DNA of 64,000 nucleotides from Balanoglossus misakiensis. Lineage: Eukaryota; Animalia; Hemichordata. The notes under the pieces were generated by a model, which made no database searches, was not told the DNA's origin, and worked only from the letters and a program-made list of their open reading frames with translations. Position 1 is the stretch's first letter; each line of letters starts with the position of its first letter. The stretch is from assembly GCA_040954595.2 (NCBI GenBank), contig CM082596.2, positions 3,651,025 to 3,715,024 on the forward strand, given 5' to 3'. This document shows, piece after piece, positions 13,001 through 25,000 of this stretch. Both the position numbers and the translations under genes were made by a program.

Positions 13001-16000
13001 CTTCCTCTTCTTCAGATGGAACTTTTATCACTTTGGCTTCCACCAAAACTGGCTCTGGTTTCTCTTCTGGTTTGATTTCCAATTCAAAGCTGATTTCTTC
13101 AGTTACCTCTTCAACTGGTTCTGGTCTTTCCTCTGGTTTGATTTCAAGTTCAAAGCTGACCTCTTCAGGTGCCTTCTCAACAACAAAGTCAGCAGTTGTT
13201 ATTTCTTCAACTGGCTCTGGTTTTTCCTCTGCTTTAAATTGCATTTCAAAACTGACTTCTTCAGTCGTGGGTTTAAAGACAACATCAGCTGAAGTGACTT
13301 CTGTTGTTGGTTCAGGAGCAGCCATCTTGATCTCAAACTCAACCTCTTCGTGTTTCGGTTCTTCAATTTCAACTTCAACTTCAGGCACAGCAGGTTTCAA
13401 CTCAAATGCAACTTCTACTTTCTCTTCCTCTGTTGGTTTTTCCATTTTCACGACAGCTTCAACAACCACTTCTTCTTTCACTGGCTCTTCAACTGGTTCA
13501 GCAACTGGCTCTGGTTTCTCTTCTGGTTTGATTTCAAGTTCAAAGCTGACCTCTTCAGGTGCTCTTTCAACAACAAAGTCTGCTGTGGTAACCTCTTCAA
13601 CTGGCTCTGGTTTCTCTTCTGGTTTGATTTCCAATTCAAAACTGACTTCTTCTGGTTTTCTGACCACTTCAAAATCAACAGTAGTTGTTTCTGTCACAGG
13701 TTCCTCTTCGTCTTCAACAGGAACTTCTCTCTTGATCTCAAATGCTACTTCTGCTTTGACTTGTTCAACAACTGAGACTTCAATTTCAATTGGTTTCTCT
13801 GGTTGTACAGGTTCTTCAACAATCATTTCAGCTTCAGTGACAACTTCTTGTTCTACTGGCTCTTCTTTGACTGGAACAGCAACCTCTTTTTCAACCACTT
13901 CTTCTGGAACCTCAGTGACTTCTTCCCCAACAGGCTCTGGTTCAGGTTCTGTGGATGAATGATGTCCAGATAGTGAAATTACTATATGTTCTCACTATAA
14001 CGTTCACATAAAATTAAAATTTAAATATTACACAGATAATAGATATACTGGTAGAATTTTTGAACAGTCCCATTACCTGGTGTTGGTGGTTTTTCCACAA
14101 GTGACACAGTAAAGGCAGCTTTGGCCTCTCCCAATTCATTGGTAGCTTTGCACACATATTTACCACCATCTTTAGGTTTACTCTCATTGATGATAAAGAC
14201 ATGTTCATCAGTGTCTTTTTCATAGGTCACTGTGTACTCTTTGCCTTGTTGACAGTGTTTCCATCCCTTGTACCAGGTGACAGTAGGTGTGGGGATGCCT
14301 TTCACTCTACAACGAATCTCAGCTGGATGTTCTGTTGAAAAAATGTTTTACCAAAGTGTATTAAGAATTACGAGATATGTTAACCTATGTAGTTTCAAAT
14401 AGGAAGTACACATCAGCTTAATATTTTAATAATAAAAAACTCCAGTTCTAACCTACCTTTGACTGCTTGGGTGTCTTCAGGTTTCTTGATAAACTCTGGT
14501 GCACATTTTGCAGCTGGTTGGAGAAAATAAACATCAATAAATTAACTATTTGACAAAGTAGACAATCAATATAATTGTAACAGTCACATCTCCTCATAAA
14601 ACAAGAGCATCTAACCAACGGTTTTGATGAAATAATGTTGGATCAAATCTAAAGAAAATGTCATTTTCGTGTATTCAGTACCATTTACAATTTAACATAA
14701 ACATCACAAGGTCTAAAACTACACAAAATGTAGGATACTTACGCATGACAAAGAGTTCAGTTCTGCAAGAGTCTGATCCCACTTTGTTGACTGCCTTCAC
14801 TTCGTATTCTCCTTCATCATCCATGCTCACTTCAGCAATCAAGAGTTTACAGATACCACTCTCACTGTATTCTACAACATAGTGATCATCAGTTTCAAGT
14901 TCAATACCATCCAAATACCAGGTCACTTCTGGTCGTGGACTTCCTGTCACTTCACATTCAAACACCACACGTTGACGTTCTTCAACTTCCTGTTCTTTGG
15001 GTTTTCTGACAAAGACTGGTGGTTCCAGAGCTTCTTCAATTGTTGGTATTTCTTTCTCAGCTTCATGAGTTTTGAAAGCAGCTTGAATCTCCATTGCTGC
15101 TTCTTCAAGTTGTTTTTCAGCAAGATCAATGTCCAGAACTTCTTCCTCTTCTTCAGATGGAACTTTTATCACTTTGGCTTCCACCAAAACTGGCTCTGGT
15201 TTCTCTTCTGGTTTGATTTCAAGTTCAAAGCTGACCTCTTCAGGTGCCTTCTCAACAACAAAGTCAGCAGTTGTGATTTCTTCAACTGGCTCTGGTTTTT
15301 CCTCTGCTTTAAATTGCATTTCAAAACTGACTTCTTCAGTCGTAGGTTTAAAGACAACATCAGCTGAAGTGACTTCTGTTGTTGGTTCAGGAGCAGCCAT
15401 CTTGATCTCAAACTCAACCTCTTCGTGTTTCGGTTCTTCAATTTCAACTTCAACTTCAGGCACAGCAGGTTTCAACTCAAATGCAACTTCTACTTTCTCT
15501 TCCTCTGTTGGTTTTTCCATTTTCACGACAGCTTCAACAACCACTTCTTCTTTCACTGGCTCTTCAACTGGTTCAGCAACTGGCTCTGGTTTCTCTTCTG
15601 GTTGGATTTCAAGTTCAAAGCTGACCTCTTCAGGTGCCCTTTCAACAACAATTTCAGCAGTTGTGACCTCTTCAACTGGCTCTGGTTTCTCTTCTGGTTG
15701 TATTTCAAGTTCAAAGCTGACCTCTTCAGGTGCCCTTTCAACAACAAAGTCTGCTGTGGTTACCTCTTCAACAGGTTCCGGTTTCTCTTCTGCTTTGATT
15801 TCCAATTCAAAACTGACTTCTTCTGGTTTTCTGACCACTTCAAAATCAACAGTAGTTGTTTCTGTCACAGGTTCCTCTTCTTCCTCAACAGGAACTTCTC
15901 TCTTGATCTCAAATGCTACTTCTTCTTTGACTTGTTCAACAACTGAGACTTCAATTTCAATTGGTTTCTCTGGTTGTACAGGTTCTTCAACAATCATTTC

Positions 16001-19000
16001 AGCTTCAGTGACAACTTCTTGTTCTACTGGCTCTTCTTTGACTGGAACAGCAACCTCTTTTTCAACCACTTCTTCTGGAACCTCAGTGACTTCTTCCACA
16101 ACAGGCTCTGGTTCAGGTTCTGTGGATGAATAATGTCCAGATGGTGAAATTACTATATGTTCTCACTATAACGTTTCACATAAAATTGAACTTTAAATAG
16201 TACGCAGATAATAGATAAACTGGTAAAAAAATTGACAGGCCCATTACCTGGAGTTGGTGGTTTTTCCACAAGTGTCACAGTAAAGGCAGCTTTGGCCTCT
16301 CCCAATTCATTGGTAGCTTTGCACACATATTTACCACCATCTTTAGGTTTACTCTCATTGATGATAAAGACATGTTCATCAGTGTCTTTTTCATAGGTCA
16401 CTGTGTACTCTTTGCCTTGTTGACAGTGTTTCCATCCCTTGTACCAGGTGACAGTAGGTGTGGGGATGCCTTTCACTCTACAACGAATCTCAGCTGGATG
16501 TTCTGTTGAAAAAATGTTTCACAAATGTGTATTAAGAATTAGGAGATATGTTAACCTATGTAGTTTCAAATAGGAAGTACACATCAGCTTGTACTGCACA
16601 TTGAAATATTTTTATAATAAAAACTCCAGTTCTAACCTACCTTTGACTGCTTCTGTGTCTTCAGGTTTCTTGATAAACTCAGGTGCACATTTTGCAGCTG
16701 GGTAAAGAAAATAAAAATCAATCAATAAATCAATCAATCAATCAATTAACTTATTGACACACTAGGCGATCTATCATTGTAACAGTCACATCTCCTCATA
16801 AAACAAGAGCATCTCACCAACAGTTTTGATGAAATAATGTTGAATTAAATCTACAGAAAATGTCATTTTGGAATATTCAAAAACATTTACAATTTAACAT
16901 AAACATCACAAGGTCTAAAACTACACAAAATGTAGGATACTTACGCATGACAAAGAGTTCAGTTCTGCAAGAGTCTGATCCCACTTTGTTGACTGCCTTC
17001 ACTTCGTATTCTCCTTCATCATCCATGCTCACTTCAGCAATCAAGAGTTTACAGATACCACTCTCACTGTATTCTACAACATAGTGATCATCAGTTTCAA
17101 GTTCAATACCATCCAAATACCAGGTCACTTCTGGTCGTGGACTTCCTGTCACTTCACATTCAAACACCACACGTTGACGTTCTTCAACTTCCTGTTCTTT
17201 GGGTTTTCTGACAAAGACTGGTGGTTCCAGAGCTTCTTCAATTGTTGGTATTTCTTTCTCAGCTTCATGAGTTTTGAAAGCAGCTTGAATCTCCATTGCT
17301 GCTTCTTCAAGTTGTTTTTCAGCAAGATCAATGTCCAGAACTTCTTCCTCTTCTTCAGATGGAACTTTTATCACTTTGGCTTCCACCAAATCTGGCTTTG
17401 GTGTCTCTTCTGGTTTGATTTCTAATTCAAAGCTGATTTCTTCAGTTACCTCTTCAACTGGCTCTGGTTTCTCTTCTGGTTTGATTTCAAGTTCAAAGCT
17501 GACCTCTTCAGGTGCCCTTTCAACAACAATTTCAGCAGCTGTGACCTCTTCAACTGGTTCTGGTTTTTCCTCTGGCTTTATTTCAAGTTCAAAGCTGACC
17601 TCTTCAGGTGCCCTTTCAACAACAAAGTCTGCTGTGGTTACCTCTTCAACTGGCTCTGGTTTCTCTTCTGGTTTGATTTCCAATTCAAAACTGACTTCTT
17701 CTGGTTTTCTGACCACTTCAAAATCAACAGTAGTTGTTTCTGTCACAGGTTCCTCTTCTTCCTCAACAGTTACTTCTCTCTTGATCTCAAATGCTACTTC
17801 TTCTTTGACTTGTTCAACAACTGAGACTTCAATTTCAATTGGTTTCTCTGGTTGTACAGGTTCTTCAACAATCATTTCAGCTTCAGTGACAACTTCTTGT
17901 TCTACTGGCTCTTCTTTGACTGGAACAGCAACCTCTTTTTCAACCACTTCTTCTGGAACCTCAGTGACTTCTTCCACAACAGGCTCTGGTTCAGGTTCTG
18001 TGGATGAATGATGTCCAGATAGTGAAATTACTATATGTTCTCACTTTAACATTTCACATAAAATTGAACTTTAAATAGTACACAGATAATAGATAAACTG
18101 GTAAAAAAATTGACAGGCCCATTACCTGGAGTTGGTGGTTTTTCCACAAGTGTCACAGTAAAGGCAGCTTTGGCCTCTCCCAGTTCATTGGTAGCTTTGC
18201 ACACATATTTACCACCATCTTTAGGTTTACTCTCATCGATGATAAAGACATGTTCATCAGTGTCTTTTTCATAGGTCACTGTGTACTCTTTGCCTTGTTG
18301 ACAGTGTTTCCATCCCTTGTACCAGGTGACAGTAGGTGTGGGGATGCCTTTCACTCTACAACGAATCTCAGCTGGATGTTCTGTTGAAATAAGTTTTACC
18401 AAAGTGTATTAAGAATTAGGAGATATGTTAACCTATGTAGTTCCAAATAGGAAGTACACATCGGCTTGTACTGCACATTGAAATATTTTTATAATAAAAA
18501 CTCCAGTTCTAACCTACCTTTGACTGCTTCTGTGTCTTCAGGTTTCTTGATAAACTCTGGTGCACATTTTGCAGCTGGTTAAAGAAAATAAAAATCAATC
18601 AATCAATCAATTAACTTATTGACACACTAGGCGATCTGGTATTGTAACAGTCACATCTCCTCATAAAACAATAGCATCTCACCAACAGTTTTGATGACAT
18701 AATGTTGGATCAAATCTAAAGAAAATGTCATTTTCGTATATTCAGTACTATTTACAATTTAACATAAACATCACAAGGTCTAAAACTACGCAAAATGTAG
18801 GATACTTACGCATGACAAAGAGTTCAGTTCTGCAAGAGTCTGATCCAACTTTGTTGACTGCCTTCACTTTGTATTCTCCTTCATCATCCATGCTCACTTC
18901 AGCAATCAAGAGTTTACAGATACCACTCTCACTGTATTCTACAACATAGTGATCATCAGTTTCAAGTTCAATACCATCCAAATACCAGGTCACTTCTGGC

Positions 19001-22000
19001 CGTGGACTTCCTGTCACTTCACATTCAAACACCACACGTTGACGTTCTTCAACTTCCTGTTCTTTGGGTTTTCTGACAAAGACTGGTGGTTCCAGAGCTT
19101 CTTCAATTGTTGGTATTTCTTTCTCAGCTTCATGAGTTTTGAAAGCAGCTTGAATCTCCATTGCTGCTTCTTCAAGTTGTTTTTCAGCAAGATCAATGTC
19201 CAGAACTTCTTCATCTTCTTCAGATGGAACTTTTATCACTTTGGCTTCCACCAAATCTGGCTTTGGTTTTTCTTCAGGTTTGATTTCTAATTCAAAGCTG
19301 ATTTCTTCAGTTACCTCTTCAACTGGTTCTGGTTTCTCTTCTGGTTGGATTTCAAAGCTAACTGCTTCAGGTGCCTTTTTGACAACAAATTCTGCTTCCG
19401 TCAGCTCTTCAACTGGCTCTGGTTTCTCTTCTGGTTTGATCTCAAGTTCAAAACTGACCTCTTCAGGTGCCCTTTCAACAACAATTTCAGCAGTTGTGAC
19501 CTCTTCAACTGGTTCTGGTTTTTCCTCTGGCTTTATTTCAAGTTCAAAGCTGACCTCTTCAGGTGCCCTTTCAACAACAAAGTCTGCTGTGGTAACCTCT
19601 TCAACTGGCTCTGGTTTCTCTTCTGGTTTGATTTCCAATTCAAAACTGACTTCTTCTGGTTTTCTGACCACTTCAAAATCAACAGTAGTTGTTTCTGTCA
19701 CAGGTTCCTCTTCTTCCTCAACAGTTACTTTTCTCTTGATCTCAAATGCTACTTCTTCTTTGACTTGTTCAACAACTGAGACTTCAATTTCAATTGGTTT
19801 CTCTGGTTGTACAGGTTCTTCAACAATCATTTCAGCTTCAGTGACAACTTCTTGTTCTACTGGCTCTTCTTTGACTGGAACAGCAACCTCTTTTTCAACC
19901 ACTTCTTCTGGAACCTCAGTGACTTCTTCCACAACAGGCTCTGGTTCAGGTTCTGTGGATGAATGATGTCCAGATAGTGAAATTACTATATGTTCTCACT
20001 TTAACATTTCACATAAAATTGAACTTTAAATAGTACACAGATAATAGATAAACTGGTAAAAAAAATTGACAGGCCCATTACCTGGAGTTGGTGGTTTTTC
20101 CACAAGTGTCACAGTAAAGGCAGCTTTGGCCTCTCCCAGTTCATTGGTAGCTTTGCACACATATTTACCACCATCTTTAGGTTTACTCTCATCGATGATA
20201 AAGACATGTTCATCAGTGTCTTTTTCATAGGTCACTGTGTACTCTTTGCCTTGTTGACAGTGTTTCCATCCCTTGTACCAGGTGACAGTAGGTGTGGGGA
20301 TGCCTTTCACTCTACAACGAATCTCAGCTGGATGTTCTGTTGAAAAAGGTTTTTACCATATTAAGAATTAGGAGATATGTTAACCTATGTAGTTCCAAAT
20401 AGGAAGTACACATCGGCTTGTACTGCACATTGAAATATTGTTATAATAAATACTCCAATTCCAACCTACCTTTGACTGCTTCTGTGTCTTCAGGTTTCTT
20501 GATAAACTCTGGTGCACATTTTGCAGCTGGTTAGAGAAAATAAATATCAATCAATCAATTAACTAATTGACACACTAGGCGATCTGGTAATGTAACAGTC
20601 ACATCTCCCCATAAAACAAGAGCATCTAACCAACAGTTTTGATGAAATAATGTTGGATCAAATCTAAATAAAATGACAATTTAATATAGACATCACAGGG
20701 TCTACACAACTACACAAAATGCAGGATACTTACGCATGACAAAGAGTTCAGTTCTGCAAGAGTCTGATCCAACTTTGTTGACTGCCTTCACTTTGTATTC
20801 TCCTTCATCATCCATGCTCACTTCAGCAATCAAGAGTTTACAGATACCACTCTCACTGTATTCTACAACATAGTGATCATCAGTTTCAAGTTCAATACCA
20901 TCCAAATACCAGGTCACTTCTGGCCGTGGACTTCCTGTCACTTCACATTCAAACACCACACGTTGACGTTCTTCAACTTCCTGTTCTTTGGGTTTTCTGA
21001 CAAAGACTGGTGGTTCCAGAGCTTCTTCAATTGTTGGTATTTCTTTCTCAGCTTCATGAGTTTTGAAAGCAGCTTGAATCTCCATTGCTGCTTCTTCAAG
21101 TTGTTTTTCAGCAAGATCAATGTCCAGAACTTCTTCATCTTCTTCAGATGGAACTTTTATCAATTTGGCTTCCACCAAATCTGGCTTTGGTGTCTCTTCT
21201 GGTTTGATTTCCAATTCAAAGCTGATTTCTTCAGTTACCTCTTCAACTGGCTCTGGTTTCTCTTCTGGTTGGATTTCAAAGCTAACTTCTTCAGGTGCCT
21301 TTTTGACAACAAATTCTGCTTCCGTCAGCTCTTCAACAGGCTCTGGTTTCTCTTCTGGTTTGATTTCAAGTTCAAAGCTGACCTCTTCAGGTGCCCTTTC
21401 AACAACAATTTCAGCAGTTGTGACATCTTCAACTGGTTCTGGTTTTTCCTCTGGTTTGATTTCAAGTTCAAAGCTGACCTCTTCAGGTGCCCTTTCAACA
21501 ACAAAGTCTGCTGTGGTAACCTCTTCAACAGGCTCTGGTTTTTCCTCTGGTTTGATTTCCAATTCAAAACTGACTTCTTCTGGTTTTCTGACCACTTCAA
21601 AATCAACAGTAGTTGTTTCTGTCACAGGTTCCTCTTCTTCCTCAACAGTAACTTCTCTCTTGATCTCAAATGCTACTTCTCCTTTGACTTGTTCAACAAC
21701 TGAGACTTCAATTTCAATTGGTTTCTCTGGTTGTACAGGTTCTTCAACAATCATTTCAGCTTCAGTGACAACTTCTTGTTCTACTGGCTCTTCTTTGACT
21801 GGAACAGCAACCTCTTTTTCAACCACTTCTTCTGGAACCTCAGTGACTTCTTCCACAACAGGCTCTGGTTCAGGTTCTGTGGATGAATGATGTCCAGATA
21901 GTGAAATTACTATATGTTCTCACTTTAACATTTCACATAAAATTGAACTTTAAATAGTACACAGATAATAGATAAACTGGTAAAAAAATTGACAGGCCCA

Positions 22001-25000
22001 TTACCTGGAGTTGGTGGTTTTTCCACAAGTGTCACAGTAAAGGCAGCTTTGGCCTCTCCCAGTTCATTGGTAGCTTTGCACACATATTTACCACCATCTT
22101 TAGGTTTACTCTCATCGATGATAAAGACATGTTCATCAGTGTCTTTTTCATAGGTCACTGTGTACTCTTTGCCTTGTTGACAGTGTTTCCATCCCTTGTA
22201 CCAGGTGACAGTAGGTGTGGGGATGCCTTTCACTCTACAACGAATCTCAGCTGGATGTTCTGTTGAAATAAGTTTTACCAATGACAGTAAGAATTAGAAC
22301 ATAGCTTAACCTATGTAGTTCCAAATAGGAAGTACACATCGGCTTGTACTGCACATTGAAAAATTTCTTATAATAAAAACTCCAGTTTCAACATACCTTT
22401 GACTGCTTGAGTGTCTTCAGGTTTCTTGATAAACGCTGGTGCACATTTTGCAGCTGGTTAGAGACAATAAATATCAATCAATCAATTAATTAACTAAATG
22501 ACACACTAGGGCGATCTATATAATTGTAACAGTCACATCTCCTCATAAAACAAAAGAGCATCTCACCGACAGCTTTAATGAAATAATGTTGAATCAAATC
22601 TGAATAATATGTCATTTTGGTATATTCAGTACTATTTACAATTAAACATAAACATCACAGGGTCTAAAATTACAAAAAAAATGTAGGATACTTACGCATG
22701 ACAAAGAGTTCAGTTCTGCAAGAGTCTGATCCCACTTTGTTGACTGCCTTCACTTCGTATTCTCCTTCATCATCCATGCTCACTTCAGCAATCAAGAGTT
22801 TACAGATACCACTCTCACTGTATTCTACAACATAGTGATCATCAGTTTCAAGTTCAATACCATCCAAATACCAGGTCACTTCTGGTCGTGGACTTCCTGT
22901 CACTTCACATTCAAACACCACACGTTGACGTTCTTCAACTTCCTGTTCTTTGGGTTTTCTGACAAAGACTGGTGGTTCCAGAGCTTCTTCAATTGTTGGT
23001 ATTTCTTTCTCAGCTTCATGAGTTTTGAAAGCAGCTTGAATCTCCATTGCTGCTTCTTCAAGTTGTTTTTCAGCAAGATCAATGTCCAGAACTTCTTCAT
23101 CTTCTTCAGATGGAACTTTTATCAATTTGGCTTCCACCAAAACTGGCTCTGGTTTCTCTTCTGGTTTGATTTCTAATTCAAAGCTGATTTCTTCAGTTAC
23201 CTCTTCAACTGGTTCTGGTGTTTCCTCTGGTTTGATTTCAAGTTCAAAGCTGACCTCTTCAGGTGCCCTTTCAACAACAATTTCAGCAGTGGTAACCTCT
23301 TCAACTGGTTCTGGTTTCTCTTCTGGCTTTATTTCAAGTTCAAAGCTGACCTCTTCAGGTGCCCTTTCAACAACAATTTCAGCAGTGGTAACCTCTTCAA
23401 CTGGTTCTGGTTTCTCTTCTGGCTTTATTTCAAGTTCAAAGCTGACCTCTTCAGGTGCCCTTTCAACAACAATTTCAGCAGTGGTAACCTCTTCAACTGG
23501 TTCTGGTTTCTCTTCTGGCTTTATTTCAAGTTCAAAGCTGACCTCCTCTGGTTTAACTTCAACTTCAGTTGTGGTAGTCACAGTGACAGTTTCTGTGACA
23601 GTCTCTGTTACTGTTGTGACAGTTTCCACTTCCTCTTCTTCCTCCGAGTCTGCAATTGAAGCAAATATGTCCAAGTTGGTTACTTATTAGAAACTGTTCA
23701 TATGTGGAAAATACTTGATGATCTATGTGTATCATATAGTAAACTTACACCGTATTCTAATCTAGTTTTGCCCTTGTGTATTGGTTCTTCTGATAATTTA
23801 TTATTTAAGACACATGACCATGACTTCAAAAATTTGAAACAATACAGGGTATATTTACGTGTATCAGACTGTCTGATAATATTGCAGATTAAAGAGTTTC
23901 TAATCATTCCACACAATATCAATGTTTTACCCAATCCAAGTATTTATTTATGTCTTACCTTTAATATCAATGAAAAGGTCTGTAATGCTTGTAGCTGTAC
24001 CAAACTCATTTTCAGCTTTGCAAGTGAATTCTGAATCATCATCTTTAGTTGTCTGTGGAATAATCAGAGTACATTTGCCCTCATCATCGGTCACAATGGT
24101 ATACTGAGGTCCTGTTGTGATTTCCTCGTCATCCTTAAACCATTTGATTGTGGGCGTGGGTTTTCCGACGACCTTGCACATCAACACTGCCTGTTCTCCT
24201 TCTGGTATTTCTTGGGCGATCAGTTCCTTTGTGAATTTGGGAGGTTGGCCAGTTGGTTTTTCCAGTTCAAGTTCAAATTTGACTTCCTCCGGTGCTTGCT
24301 TGACTTCAAACATCTGTTCTGTAAAGACCTGTTCCTTTTGCTCGACTTTAACTTCAACCGTCTCACGTTGGATTTTGATTTCTTCATCTTCAGACAGTTC
24401 TGTAGTAAGTTTGAAAAAGAGTAGAAGACGTTTACTAACACTCTGATCATGTGACATATTACAATGAAAGACTCTTCAAATCTGCAATCGTTTCCCTGTT
24501 TAACATTGCATTCGGTACACTGAATAACAACGCTGAAAAAATAAGCGATAAGTTATAACTAATGTCTGTTTAATTGCTAGATATATTACACGTGTATACC
24601 TTCTTCCACAGTTAGCTGAACAGAGCATGTTGCCTTGCCAACAGGATTGACTGCCTCAACCGCAACTTTGCCTGAGTCTTCTGGGAAGGCTTCAAGGAGA
24701 GTCAGAGTATAGGCATCAATGTCATCATGAGTGGTCTCAAAGATTTTATCGTCTTTGACAACAACACCGTCATGAAGCCAGGTCACTTCTGGTTTGGGTT
24801 TCCCCTTGACGCGGCACTTGAATTCGACCTTGTCGCCTTCAGTGACAACTTTGCTCTTGGGAAGCTCTGTGAATTCCGGTGGTTCCATCGGCTCTTCTGG
24901 TTCTGTTGTACAGATGCAAATCAGTCCCACATCAGATACTCAACTTTCTGGTAACACTACATTTAGTCTGCACATTAGGTATTGTTTTGTGTACTGCTGC

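Larger units (their letters stand above)
11770..23550. repeat. Tandem array of six near-identical 3-exon cassettes (unit 1.88-2.17 kb, introns included)
   Basis: The 255-nt exon recurs at 11922, 14077, 16248, 18126, 20082 and 22005 (spacings 2155, 2171, 1878, 1956, 1923); intron text recurs almost verbatim. Confidence 0.97.

Noticed and set aside
11770-23550. Array as a Dscam-like mutually exclusive exon cluster or a CRISPR-like array
   Set aside because: Units are three consecutive frame-compatible exons that can all be included; no docking/selector elements or repeat-spacer structure seen
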